Source: Candidatus Sulfotelmatobacter sp. (GTDB taxonomy: Bacteria > Acidobacteriota > Terriglobia > Terriglobales > Acidobacteriaceae). Taken from it: 64,000 bases of DNA. The position numbers were made by a program, and so were the translations under genes. The notes under the pieces were generated by a model. It did no database searches. It had not been told where the DNA came from and was given only the letters and a program-made list of their open reading frames with translations. Shown here one piece after another: positions 1-9,450 of this stretch. Location: positions 32,197-96,196 of the forward strand of contig JBEKWP010000007.1 in assembly GCA_049512915.1 (NCBI GenBank), in the 5' to 3' direction. How positions within the stretch are numbered: position 1 is the stretch's first letter; each line of letters starts with the position of its first letter.

Positions 1-171
1 GCCGATGACTTCCTGGAACTGCTTGACCATTTCCGGGCCCATGACGTTGATCGGCGGATTGTCGACCGTGACACGCCAGTAGGCTGGCGAGCGCCGGGTC
101 ACGCGAATCTGCTCGGATTTCGCAGGTGCGTTCATCTGTTTGAGTTTGGCGGGTGCTTTCATAGTTGCCAT
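1..171 (-). CDS. enoyl-CoA hydratase/isomerase (crotonase) family protein, N-terminal fragment truncated by the window edge
   Basis: Reverse-strand ATG at 171..169 is preceded by GAGGAA. Translation MATMKAPAKLKQMNAPAKSEQIRVTRRSPAYWRVTVDNPPINVMGPEMVKQFQEVIG resembles the crotonase N-terminus (VTxDNPPxNxM). It is absent from the ORF track because it is partial. Confidence 0.55.
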   Translation of the reverse strand, partial: MATMKAPAKLKQMNAPAKSEQIRVTRRSPAYWRVTVDNPPINVMGPEMVKQFQEVIG

Positions 172-468
172 GGGATTTTCCTCGGTGACCATTCAGCCAG
201 AACAAAGTCAGCCAAGCAATTGGACGATGGTATTGCCCATACTTTCGCGTCGACTGCAGTGCCTTCATGCCTGAGGCATGCGGCTTTTCTCAATCCAGCC
301 AGTCCTGAAATCGATCAGCGAAGGAAACTTCCTCCCGCAGACTTGATACGAAGGCATCGCCGATACCATGGTCCAATTGTTTTACTCCCCTGGTCTCTGG
401 TTTAATCGGAACCGTTCCACACGCACGTTAGATCGGGCTTGGAAAACTCTTCTTGAGGAGAACACACT

Positions 469-1089
469 ATGTCTGAACTTGTCGGGAAATCTGGGTCGCA
501 AGAACAACAAAAACATAAGATAGAAACATGCGCCGCCGTGAAACGTGTCGGCAGCTTTCCTGTCGTTGCGACCGCCGTGGCAGTACTGGCGATTCTGGGC
601 GCCGCGCTCCTTTTCGCACAAGGCCAAGACAACGACAAGTACTTGCTGAAATCGCCAAGCGGGATCGCATTCTCCGACTTCAGGGGATACGAGGACTGGG
701 CTGACGTCTCTTCCGCCCGGACCGACGAAATACTCAAGGTGATCGTCGGCAATCCGACCATGATCAAGGCGTACAAGGCCGGCATTCCAGGCAACGGCCA
801 GCCTTTCCCCGATGGCTCCATGATCGCGAAGCTCCAGTGGACGCACAAGAAGAGCACGGAGGCCCCTTTCGTCGTGGAGGTCCCAGACGTCTTTTCCCAG
901 GTCTTCGTCATGGAAAAGGACAGCAAGAGATTTTCGAAAAGTGGAGGGTGGGGATACGCAGTGTTCAACTACGACGCCGCATCGGACAAGTTCTCGGCCG
1001 ATCCCAAAAGCCTCTCCGACTGCGGGTTCGCGTGCCATACGCCCGTGAAGGCGAAGGACTATATCTTCCATCCGTACCAGAAGCGTTGA
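469..1089 (+). CDS. cytochrome P460 family-like heme protein, membrane-anchored or secreted
   Basis: GAGGAG RBS lies before the ATG. There is an N-terminal hydrophobic anchor (FPVVATAVAVLAILGAALLFAQG). The protein has FPDGSMIAKLQW, GGWGYAVFNY and the C-terminal DCGFACHTPVKAKDYIFHPY, which matches my recollection of P460-family tails (..C..CH.PVKA.DFVF). Confidence 0.65.
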   Translation: MSELVGKSGSQEQQKHKIETCAAVKRVGSFPVVATAVAVLAILGAALLFAQGQDNDKYLLKSPSGIAFSDFRGYEDWADVSSARTDEILKVIVGNPTMIKAYKAGIPGNGQPFPDGSMIAKLQWTHKKSTEAPFVVEVPDVFSQVFVMEKDSKRFSKSGGWGYAVFNYDAASDKFSADPKSLSDCGFACHTPVKAKDYIFHPYQKR

Positions 1090-1224
1090 ATCGAGCCGCC
1101 ACATCAAGTGCTGAGCTGCACTGTCTGCGCCCGGTGTACACTCAGGAGCAAAAAGCGAGGTTAAGTTAACATTTCACGCACTCCTCATCAGAAATCCTCT
1201 CTTGCAGAAGATGCAGCGCTGGGT

Positions 1225-3111
1225 ATGGAAACGAGCATAACGCGGCGGGACTTTCTCGGTTCCGCTTTGTTGGCTTCCGGGTCCGCGTTGCTGGGAGGCA
1301 TCTCTCCCGCGGAGCTATTGGCCCAGAATGATGACTTCACAGGTTACGGTGGAGTCGGCGACTACAGCAACGCGAATGGCAACACTCTGGCTGTTCTCGA
1401 AGCGGGTCATGCGATTCGTGACCGCGTGTACGATCCGCTGCCCAAGGACATCATCGATACTGGGGAAGTCTATGACTGCGTAATCATCGGCGGCGGGATT
1501 AGCGGACTTGCTGCCGCACTGTTCTTCCAGCGCAGCTCCGGTCCGGGATCAAAATGCCTGATCGTTGAAAACCATCCCATCTTCGGCGGCGAGGCCAAGC
1601 AAAATGAATTCTTGGTCGAAGGCAAACGACTGATCGCACACCAGGGCTCAGCCATCTATCAGATTCAATACCCGCACAGCTTTCTGGCGAGATTCTACGA
1701 ATCCATCGGATTACGGACGCCGCGGCTGACATATCAAAGCTGGGCTGGGTCAGAGCCAGAATTCCCCCTTTGCACTACTCCTTATCAAGCGGTGGGCTTG
1801 CAGCACGGACAATACGGGTTTTGGTTTGGCGCGAAGTTCAATCAGAGACCGGGAATGTGGTTGACGGATCCTCTGGGAAAGAAACTGGATGGCGCTCCGG
1901 TTTCCAGCGCAACTCGACTGGAATGGCTGCGCTGGCTGAAAAGCGAAGAGGTGGGAGGCTCGAGGTTCGAACATCCCAAAGTGGAAGGGGATGCGATTTC
2001 GCGTTATCTCGATTCCATCACACTCGAACAGCACTTGATCGAGCGCTTCGGTCTTAGGCGCGAAACGATTCGCACGTTCCTCTCGCCAGTGGAAGGTGGG
2101 GGCGCGGGCTTGGGGCCCGATGCTTTATCGGCGTATTCAGAATACGCGTTTGAAATGCTTCACCCTTTGCCGGAAGAAAATGGTGGTTCGGATCAGATGT
2201 TTCCAGGTGGCAACGCGACAATTGCGAGACTGATGCTGAAAAGTCTGGTCCCCGCCGCGATCTATGGCCCACACAGCGTGGAGGGAGTTTGCCGGAACCG
2301 CGTGAATTTTTCCGCTCTGGATGCGCCCGGAACGGCGGTGAGAATTCGTCTGTCTTCTACCGTCGTCCATGTCGAGCATGATGGGGAAGCCGGCAAAGCC
2401 GGTACAGTTTCGATCGTATATTCAAAGAAAGGCAAGTTATACCGCGTCAGGGCGCGGTCGGTTGTGATGGCGGGCGGATGCTGGACCACGAAACACATTG
2501 TGAAGGATCTTCCTCAGAGCCAGCGCGAAGCATATGCTCAGTTCTATCGTTCTCCCTGCATGATGGTGAACGTTGCGGTTAGAAACTGGCGTTTCCTCTA
2601 CAAAATGGGAATGAGCGGTTGCCGCTGGTTTGAAGGGTTGGGCAATTACATGGAAGTTTGCAAGCAGGCATTGACTGGCGTGGAAAATCCGACGATCGGT
2701 CCGGACTCGCCAATCGTACTCAGCTTGAAAGTCTTGTACTCATACCCGGGATCTTCCACCGAAGAGCAGGGCAACCGAGGCCGAACCGAGTTGCTGGGAA
2801 CATCTTTTAGAGATTATGAACGACAAGTCCGTGAGCAATTTAGCGAGATGTTTTCGCGAGCGGGCTTTGATGCGCGGCGCGATATCGCCGGAATCATCTT
2901 GAATCGCTGGGGACACGCCTATCTGAGTCCGCAACCGGGGTTCTTCTTTGGAACTGGTGGCCAACCTGCCCCTCGCGAGATCCTGCGCAGCGCGCCGTTT
3001 GGGCGTATTGCATTTGCCAACACCGATCTGGCCGGAGCCATGGACCATCGTTATTCCATACTCGAAGCAAAACGGGCCGTCGGCCAACTGCTTGATCAGG
3101 TTTTGAGCTGA
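1225..3111 (+). CDS. Tat-exported FAD/NAD(P)-binding oxidoreductase (amine-oxidase/spermidine-dehydrogenase-like)
   Basis: Twin-arginine leader METSITRRDFLGSALLASGSALLGG. Rossmann dinucleotide motif YDCVIIGGGISGLAAALFF. 628 aa. Confidence 0.8.
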   Translation: METSITRRDFLGSALLASGSALLGGISPAELLAQNDDFTGYGGVGDYSNANGNTLAVLEAGHAIRDRVYDPLPKDIIDTGEVYDCVIIGGGISGLAAALFFQRSSGPGSKCLIVENHPIFGGEAKQNEFLVEGKRLIAHQGSAIYQIQYPHSFLARFYESIGLRTPRLTYQSWAGSEPEFPLCTTPYQAVGLQHGQYGFWFGAKFNQRPGMWLTDPLGKKLDGAPVSSATRLEWLRWLKSEEVGGSRFEHPKVEGDAISRYLDSITLEQHLIERFGLRRETIRTFLSPVEGGGAGLGPDALSAYSEYAFEMLHPLPEENGGSDQMFPGGNATIARLMLKSLVPAAIYGPHSVEGVCRNRVNFSALDAPGTAVRIRLSSTVVHVEHDGEAGKAGTVSIVYSKKGKLYRVRARSVVMAGGCWTTKHIVKDLPQSQREAYAQFYRSPCMMVNVAVRNWRFLYKMGMSGCRWFEGLGNYMEVCKQALTGVENPTIGPDSPIVLSLKVLYSYPGSSTEEQGNRGRTELLGTSFRDYERQVREQFSEMFSRAGFDARRDIAGIILNRWGHAYLSPQPGFFFGTGGQPAPREILRSAPFGRIAFANTDLAGAMDHRYSILEAKRAVGQLLDQVLS

Positions 3112-3162
3112 CACCGGAATACTCTGCCCATCAACTCTGTACGAATCCTGGAGACGTTTGCC

Positions 3163-4494
3163 ATGTCGCGATTTTTAACGCCGTATCTGCTCCGAGCGTT
3201 CTTGACGAGTTTATTGGCTCTCGTGGCATGCGCCTCTCCATCGTTTGCGCAAGAGAGCCGCGATCGCAGGATTTTCGCAGGCTACTTCGAGGAATGGGGC
3301 ATCCAGTACGCCGGTTACAACATTGCTGATTTGCAAAAGAATGGAGTGGCTGACGAATTGACCCATTTGATCTATGCTTTCGGCAATGTGACGCCAACCT
3401 CTCCGCCGGCGTGCGCAGTTGCTGATCCCGTGGCCGCTTACCAGAATTCGAGCCTTCCCAGTGTCAGCGGCAGACCCTACACGGCACCCTTGTATGGAAA
3501 TTTTGGTGCGATCCAACAACTCAAGCGGCTTCATCCTGCTCTGAAAGTGCTGATCTCTTTGGGGGGACAGGCGGGCAATGTTGCCGGGTTCGTGACCGCC
3601 GCAGCTACCCCCGAGGGGCGCGCTGCTCTCGCCTCTTCGTGCATCGACATGTTTGTGAAGGGCAACATCGCTGCCGGCGTTACGGCTCCCGGGTTGTTTG
3701 ACGGCTTCAATATCGATTGGGAGTTTCCCAGCGCCGCGGATAAGCAGAACTTTACCGCTTTGCTAACGGAGTTCCGCACGCAGCTGAATACTTTGTCGGA
3801 GGCGACGGGCAGGAAATATGTCCTGACGTTCGATTCGCCGGCGAACCCAAAGAAATATGTAAACATCGATCTTAAGGCCGCTGCCGCGCAAGTGGACTTC
3901 CTTACGATCGACGGTTACGACTATGCCGCGCCGCAGGACAAGCAAACCAATGAGTCGTCGTCGCTGTACGACGCGGCCGCGGATCCCGTTCATGCCGATG
4001 ATCGCTACATCGATGCGACGGTAAGAGCTTACCGCCGCGCCGGCGTGCCGGCCGCCAAGTACACAATGGGATTGCCGTTGTATGCCGTGGGTTGGACGGG
4101 CGTCGCCAACGTGAATCATGGCTTGTACCAGAACGCAACTGCCCCTGCTCCGGTTCCGTTGGCCGATGGATCAGGGCTCTGCCTGAACACGGATAAGGCC
4201 ACTGCTATGCCCGGTTGCGACACTGTATTGACCGCGGGATTTGTCACCTATTCGACGATTGAGAATCTCACGAACAAATACGGGTTTACCTCCTGGCACG
4301 ACTCGGCGAGAGTGGGAGCGACGCTCTACAATCCGGCCACCGGAACCTTCTATAGTTACGATGATCCCGCGGCCGTAGCAGCGAAGACGGCTTACATCAA
4401 GAAGAAGAAGCTTGGCGGCGCCTATGTGTGGGCGCTGAACGACGACGATGCCAACGGGTCTCTGACCAAGGCGATCGCGGCAGGGCTCAAGTAA
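3163..4494 (+). CDS. glycoside hydrolase family 18 chitinase (secreted)
   Basis: Signal peptide ends SPSFAQ. Catalytic DxxDxDxE motif FDGFNIDWEFP is present, with GGAYVWALNDD near the C-terminus. Confidence 0.9.
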   Translation: MSRFLTPYLLRAFLTSLLALVACASPSFAQESRDRRIFAGYFEEWGIQYAGYNIADLQKNGVADELTHLIYAFGNVTPTSPPACAVADPVAAYQNSSLPSVSGRPYTAPLYGNFGAIQQLKRLHPALKVLISLGGQAGNVAGFVTAAATPEGRAALASSCIDMFVKGNIAAGVTAPGLFDGFNIDWEFPSAADKQNFTALLTEFRTQLNTLSEATGRKYVLTFDSPANPKKYVNIDLKAAAAQVDFLTIDGYDYAAPQDKQTNESSSLYDAAADPVHADDRYIDATVRAYRRAGVPAAKYTMGLPLYAVGWTGVANVNHGLYQNATAPAPVPLADGSGLCLNTDKATAMPGCDTVLTAGFVTYSTIENLTNKYGFTSWHDSARVGATLYNPATGTFYSYDDPAAVAAKTAYIKKKKLGGAYVWALNDDDANGSLTKAIAAGLK

Positions 4495-4524
4495 ATCAGA
4501 AGCACGAATGAACGGATGCGGCAG

Positions 4525-4552
4525 GCTGGCCAGAAGAGAGCCAGCTTTTCCC
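4525..4552 (+). terminator. weak candidate intrinsic terminator after the first GH18 gene
   Basis: GCTGGC(4525-4530)/GCCAGC(4540-4545) form a 6-bp stem with a 9-nt loop, followed by TTTTCCCGTTTCC. Confidence 0.35.
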
Positions 4553-4604
4553 GTTTCCCCCCGTTTGTGCCAGCCGCGGTCGCGACATCCTCTTCCCACA
4601 TTCC

Positions 4605-4614
4605 GCTATATAGC
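4605..4614. promoter_or_regulatory. GCTATATAGC palindrome, copy 1 (candidate GntR/HutC operator)
   Basis: Perfect 10-bp palindrome in the 319-bp gap between the two GH18 genes. It shares the extended GCTATATAGCTCATT with copy 3. Confidence 0.55.
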
Positions 4615-4756
4615 TCATTCGTTGACGGTACCCAGCGGAGGCTCCAGCGTAACGGCAACATCTCCAGCTCCGGCCATCGGGGCGGGTTTTCAATGTCATC
4701 GCGGTTGCCAAATAATAATATCCGCGCCTCGGGAAAAATATTCTATTGCAAGTTCT

Positions 4757-4766
4757 GCTATATAGC
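4757..4766. promoter_or_regulatory. GCTATATAGC palindrome, copy 2 (candidate operator overlapping the -10 of the second GH18 gene)
   Basis: Perfect palindrome 48 nt upstream of ATG 4814. Its TATATA core can serve as a -10. A GGAGG RBS follows at about 4800. Confidence 0.55.
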
Positions 4767-4813
4767 TCTATACTCCGGCGGTTCGTACTTTACGACGTCT
4801 GGAGGCACTTGCC

Positions 4814-6151
4814 ATGTCAAACCATTTCCCGCCGCGCTTGCTGCGAATGGCCCTGCTCACTCTGTTGGCCCTCGTTGCAAGCATCTCTCCCTCATTCGCA
4901 CAAAACACCGGTCAAGGCAAGATTGTCGGAGGATACTTCGAGGAGTGGAGTATCTATTACGCTGGTTACAATATTGCGAACCTGCAACAGAATGGTGTGG
5001 CCAATAAACTGACGCACCTCATCTACGCCTTCGGCAATGTGACGACGAGTCCCGCGCCAGCATGCGCCTTTGCCGATACCTGGGCTGACTATCAATCTCC
5101 ATACCTGCCGAGCGTGAACGGTACGGCCTACCCGGGGCCGCTTTATGGAAATTTTGCGGCCATCCAACAACTCAAGGCGCTTCACCCCAACCTGAAAGTG
5201 CTGATGTCTCTGGGAGGAGCGTCTGCCAGCAATACTGCGGCCTTCGTCAGCGCCGCCAGCACCGCGGCCGGACGCCAGGCGCTCGCGGCATCCTGCATCG
5301 ACCTGTTCATCAACGGCAACATCGCCTCAGGCATCACTGCGCCCGGCTTGTTTGACGGCTTCAATATCGACTGGGAATTCCCCACCGCGACCGACACGCA
5401 GAACTTTACGGCCCTGCTGCAAGAGTTCCGCAGCCAACTGAACGCCTTGAGCAAAACCACGGGCAAGCAATATACGTTGTCGTTCGATGGACCCGCGGGC
5501 TCGCAGAACTACGTCAACATCGATCTTCGCAAAGCCGCCGAGCAGGTCGATTTCATTACCATCGATGGCTACAACTATTCCGGCTCATGGGTGACGCAAA
5601 CCAATGACGCATCGCCGCTATTTGATTCCCGCCAGGATCCGCTGTTTGGCCAGGATCTCGACATTAACGACACTGTAGATGCATATCTCAAGGCTGGGGT
5701 GCCCCCGCACAAATACACCATGGGTATGCCTCTTTATGGCGCTGGCTGGACGGGCGCTCCCAACGTGAACCATGGCCTGTACCAAAACTCAACGGGCCCC
5801 TCCCCGGTCCTGTGGGCGAACGGAACAGGCTTGTGTCCGGACCTGAGCGGAAATACGGCGGGCTGCGACACCCTGCTGACTCCGGGGCTTCTCACCTATT
5901 CGACGCTCTCCACGCTCACATCGAATGGCTACAGAAATTACTTCGATCCGCGGCGAGTTGCTGTATCGCTTTTCGACTCAACCAGCGGGACGTTCTACAC
6001 ATACGACGATCCCTTCAGTGTGTTTCTGAAGACGATCTATATCAACCTGAAGGTTCCGGGAGGTCTGGGAGGTGCCTACGTGTGGGCGCTGAAAGACGAT
6101 GATGCGAATGGAACCATGGTAAAAACCTTGGCTGCGGGGCTAGGCCACTAA
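4814..6151 (+). CDS. glycoside hydrolase family 18 chitinase (secreted), tandem paralog of 3163..4494
   Basis: Signal peptide ends SPSFAQ. FDGFNIDWEFP catalytic motif and GGAYVWALKDDDANG are present. It is collinear with the upstream paralog over its whole length. Confidence 0.9.
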   Translation: MSNHFPPRLLRMALLTLLALVASISPSFAQNTGQGKIVGGYFEEWSIYYAGYNIANLQQNGVANKLTHLIYAFGNVTTSPAPACAFADTWADYQSPYLPSVNGTAYPGPLYGNFAAIQQLKALHPNLKVLMSLGGASASNTAAFVSAASTAAGRQALAASCIDLFINGNIASGITAPGLFDGFNIDWEFPTATDTQNFTALLQEFRSQLNALSKTTGKQYTLSFDGPAGSQNYVNIDLRKAAEQVDFITIDGYNYSGSWVTQTNDASPLFDSRQDPLFGQDLDINDTVDAYLKAGVPPHKYTMGMPLYGAGWTGAPNVNHGLYQNSTGPSPVLWANGTGLCPDLSGNTAGCDTLLTPGLLTYSTLSTLTSNGYRNYFDPRRVAVSLFDSTSGTFYTYDDPFSVFLKTIYINLKVPGGLGGAYVWALKDDDANGTMVKTLAAGLGH

Positions 6152-6183
6152 TTCGCAGGACCCTCGGCTAGATGAAGAACTCG

Positions 6184-6221
6184 GGCAAGCTGGCCGAAAA
6201 GCCAGCTTGCCTTAGCTTTTT
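6184..6221. terminator. intrinsic terminator between convergent GH18 and GH20 genes
   Basis: 11-bp perfect stem GGCAAGCTGGC(6184-6194)/GCCAGCTTGCC(6201-6211) with loop CGAAAA, followed by TTAGCTTTTTG. Confidence 0.7.
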
Positions 6222-6230
6222 GCGGATGGA

Positions 6231-8312
6231 TTATTTGCCGAGCGCTTCGGGAACCGCGCCGACCAGGTCGCGCAAAGGCTTGATCACCGTGAAGCGAACC
6301 AGCGCCTGCGGTTTCTCGGCTTCGTCCAAGAGAGCCAGTTGCTGAGCCTTCCAACCGCTAGCCGCGGGCAGACCGGATGAAAGATGAGACACGGCCTCAA
6401 GACCTATCGTGCCTAATACGGTAAGTTCCTGAACTCGCGGTTCCGCTCGCGCTAGGATGGGCGAGGCAGCCATCAAGCGCAGGATTCCAGGTTCCGCGGC
6501 GATCCACGCTTTGAAGTGGGAGGCAAGTTCGGCTTGTGTCTGCGATCGAGTTCCGGGATCCTGCAGATAGGCGTTCACGAGTAGCTCGAAATTGTGGCGC
6601 GAAGGCGGATCGGGAGGAAGAGCGTCTATGAATTGATTGAGTGGCGTGAGTTGATTCGGGTGCTGCAGGTGTGCGCGCTGGTTGAAACTGACAGGCTCGA
6701 GCACGGATGCGAGGATAACGAGCGGATCGATCTTTTCGGTTCCCGCGAGCATGCGCAGACTCACTGCTTCCTGCGTGATGTGCGTCAAGCCAAAAGTTTC
6801 CAGCCGCAGCGACTCAACGCCGAGGCGGCGGTACATGTCGGCCACATCGGATACTGAGCTTGGCGACCAGAAGCGCTCGGCAATGGCCGCGGCGCGAGGC
6901 CAGACGCGAGAGTCGAGGTCCCGCGAAGTGGTCTGCTCGTTCCACATACACGCCTCCCCGCCGAGAATGCGCGCCTGCTCCTCTGGACTCAGGCCGCTCC
7001 CCTGGGGCAGAGGGTCAACCAGGTAGTGAGTAGCGGCGGTGCTCATAAGATTCAGGTAATACCCGGCGGAGAGAATGCTGCTGTAGCCCGCTTTCGCTCC
7101 GGCGGCGAGTGAATCGAAGCCTCTCCAGCTCTGAACGACAATGTCTTTGGGCAGATCGGGGGTAAGAATTTCATCCCAGCCGATCATGTGCTTGCCATGC
7201 TTCTCAAGAATTTTGAGCAGACGCTGGTTGAAATAATTCTGCAGGGCGGCGGTATCGCGAAGATTGTGTTCGCGCATGAAGGACTGGATGCGCGGATTGG
7301 CCTTCCATTCGACGCCATTGTTCTCGTCCCCTCCGATGTGCATGAAGTGGTCAGGGAAGATGGCCGCCATCTCTGCGATAAATGTATCGAGAAACTTGTA
7401 GGTACTTTCGCGCGTAGGATCCATCACCGGATCGAAGACGCCGAACTCCCGCTCGATGTGAAAGGGACCGGGAGCACTGGCAAGATCGGGATAGCCGACG
7501 AACCAGGCACTGCTGTGTCCCGGCATGTCGAACTCTGGAACGACGCGGATGCCCCGACCGCGCGCATACGCAACAATTTCGCGGGCTTGCTCCTGGGTAT
7601 AGAAAAGTCCGTCCGAGCCTAGCGCAGTAAGCTCGGGAAAAACTCGACTCTCCATCCGGAAGCCCTGGTCTTCGCTCAGATGCCAGTGGAAGACGTTGAG
7701 CTTAACGGCAGCCATTCCGTCGAGCGTTCGCTTAAGAACCTCAACCGGCATGAAGTGGCGCCCGCAGTCGATCATGAGGCCGCGCCAGCGAAAACGTGGC
7801 GTGTCTTGGATCGACACGGCCGGGAGGAAATAACCCGTTGCATCTGCCTGTATTAACTGTTGCAGAGTTTCGAGGGCATGCATGGCTCCGACAACTGTAG
7901 CGGCGTGGAGGCGCACCCCCGAGGCACCGACATCGAGGGTGTAAGACTCGTCTTCGTCGACAGACTGGATGGTTTGTCCGGGCCCATCAACGCTGACGGC
8001 CAGCGCTCCGGATGCGTTCGCGGAAGAAGATATCGGAATGGAAATGCCGGTTTCAGTCTCGATTCGCTCAAGGCTGCGCACTATGGCGGCGTCGAGTCGT
8101 GCGTCGCGGTAATGGTCTGTGATGACCACCAAGGAGGGTGAGAGGATGAGCCGCCCTTCCTGCGTAGAAAGATGCGAGGGTTGCGGCATCAGAGTGTTGA
8201 CGAACCCGGTGCTGACGAACTCGGGAGCCGGACTTTGCGCCGGCACTGCCTGGTTGGGCGCAGCTTCCCATGCCGCAAGGCTGGCGACAATTATGGCAAC
8301 TGCGAGATGCAT
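6231..8312 (-). CDS. glycoside hydrolase family 20 beta-N-acetylhexosaminidase (secreted)
   Basis: Signal peptide is present. Motifs GLMIDCGRHF, VFHWHLSEDQGFR and HIGGDE (catalytic D-E) are present. AAGAGG RBS lies 6 nt before ATG 8312. Only 36 nt separate it from the upstream GntR gene. Confidence 0.9.
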   Translation of the reverse strand: MHLAVAIIVASLAAWEAAPNQAVPAQSPAPEFVSTGFVNTLMPQPSHLSTQEGRLILSPSLVVITDHYRDARLDAAIVRSLERIETETGISIPISSSANASGALAVSVDGPGQTIQSVDEDESYTLDVGASGVRLHAATVVGAMHALETLQQLIQADATGYFLPAVSIQDTPRFRWRGLMIDCGRHFMPVEVLKRTLDGMAAVKLNVFHWHLSEDQGFRMESRVFPELTALGSDGLFYTQEQAREIVAYARGRGIRVVPEFDMPGHSSAWFVGYPDLASAPGPFHIEREFGVFDPVMDPTRESTYKFLDTFIAEMAAIFPDHFMHIGGDENNGVEWKANPRIQSFMREHNLRDTAALQNYFNQRLLKILEKHGKHMIGWDEILTPDLPKDIVVQSWRGFDSLAAGAKAGYSSILSAGYYLNLMSTAATHYLVDPLPQGSGLSPEEQARILGGEACMWNEQTTSRDLDSRVWPRAAAIAERFWSPSSVSDVADMYRRLGVESLRLETFGLTHITQEAVSLRMLAGTEKIDPLVILASVLEPVSFNQRAHLQHPNQLTPLNQFIDALPPDPPSRHNFELLVNAYLQDPGTRSQTQAELASHFKAWIAAEPGILRLMAASPILARAEPRVQELTVLGTIGLEAVSHLSSGLPAASGWKAQQLALLDEAEKPQALVRFTVIKPLRDLVGAVPEALGK

Positions 8313-8348
8313 CGTGGCCTCTTTTCACGGGCCGCTGCCTGCAGCGCT

Positions 8349-9071
8349 TTAGCGGAAACGCCGGATAAACAGCGTGTGCCGTTCGGAGCGGTAAAAACCA
8401 ACTACGTAAATCGTGGCTTTCCCCTTGGTCGAATAGATAATCTGGCGAATGCGCAGCACTGAAGCTCCTCGAGGCACGCTGAGCAGTTCGCCAACGTCCG
8501 CGTCGGCTGTTGTCGCGTCCACTTCTTCATCAGCGTATGCCAATTTCGTCGCGTAGTCATGCTCGAGAATCGCAAACAGCGAAGTTCGTCCCAGGGGAGC
8601 AGAGGCTAGTTGGGGAAATTCGGCCGCGGCCAGGTAGCAGGTTTCCAGCGCAAATGGGTCTTCCCCCGTCAGCCGGAGACGTTGGATCTTTACCACTCGG
8701 CTGGCTGCTGGCAGCCCCAGCCTGGCCGCAACTTCGGGATCCCCCTCAATCACCTTCGCCACCAACACGCGAGAGTGCGGAGCCAAACCACGGCTCGACA
8801 TTTGCTCGGTGTAGCTCATCAGTTTGTTGAAATGGATCTTGGGCACGGCGACGAAAGTACCCGCTCCCAGACGGCGTTCGACGATGCCTTCGTGTTCCAG
8901 ACCCGCCAAGGCGTGGCGGGCTGTCATGAGGCTCACCTTGTGGGTCTTGGCGAGTTCGCGCTCGGACGCCACAGCATCCCCCGGCCTGAGGCTAGCGGAA
9001 GCAATGCGGTTGCGGATCTCGCTCTGGATTTTCTTGTAGGCGGGAGTCCGATTGTGATGATTTCCAGACAT
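8349..9071 (-). CDS. GntR family (HutC/NagR-DasR-like subfamily) transcriptional regulator
   Basis: Winged-helix region SERELAKTHKVSLMTARHALAGLEHEGIVERR plus a UTRA-like C-terminal half. The start was moved from the TTG at 9128 to ATG 9071 (MSGNHHNRTPAYKKIQSEI), giving a family-typical 240 aa. Confidence 0.85.
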   Translation of the reverse strand: MSGNHHNRTPAYKKIQSEIRNRIASASLRPGDAVASERELAKTHKVSLMTARHALAGLEHEGIVERRLGAGTFVAVPKIHFNKLMSYTEQMSSRGLAPHSRVLVAKVIEGDPEVAARLGLPAASRVVKIQRLRLTGEDPFALETCYLAAAEFPQLASAPLGRTSLFAILEHDYATKLAYADEEVDATTADADVGELLSVPRGASVLRIRQIIYSTKGKATIYVVGFYRSERHTLFIRRFR

Positions 9072-9145
9072 AGTTTGTTGCTTCCAGAGTCTCTTCGATG
9101 GCCGGCCGCCGTCAAACCCTCGATGCAAACGCTGCAGCGCCTTAT

Positions 9146-9176
9146 GCTATATAGCTCATTGAAGGCTTGATGTAAA
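9146..9176 (-). promoter_or_regulatory. GCTATATAGC palindrome copy 3 (9146-9155) embedded in a candidate promoter of the gntR-GH20 operon
   Basis: On the minus strand the layout is TTTACA(9176-9171), N17, TATATA(9153-9148). The -10 is the core of the palindrome, which suggests autoregulation. Confidence 0.55.
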
Positions 9177-9450
9177 GCTCAATTCCTGAAGAATGGCGTT
9201 TGATGCGCCTTCAACCACGGGTCGGCACAGGATTGGGGCTGAAACCGCGCGACCCGTGCGGCAGATCAGAATGCGGGATAACGCCAAATGTGCCTAAACC
9301 AGCAATTCATGCGCACTCAATGCAGTCATTTCCCGATTTGGGACCTGCTCGGGAGCTACAGCTTTTCCCGCTGGGAGTCCTGTCCGGTAAAAAGGGAAAG
9401 ATCCCTCAAGGCGGAATCGAACACTTTTTTCATACTATTGCTTTTTTTTC

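Noticed and set aside
266-280. 15-bp perfect palindrome CATGCCTGAGGCATG in the divergent region between the crotonase fragment and the P460-like gene.
   Set aside because: A 7-1-7 palindrome is expected by chance about four times in 64 kb (64000/4^7), and no second copy was seen.
9180-9450. Possible riboswitch or small gene in the long leader region upstream of the TonB receptor (ORFs 9200..9454 and 9288..9479; inverted repeat CACGGGTCG/CGACCCGTG at about 9215/9251).
   Set aside because: The region lies upstream of the predicted promoter rather than in the 5' UTR. No known riboswitch core (cobalamin, TPP and so on) is recognisable, and the ORFs lack an RBS and coding-like composition.
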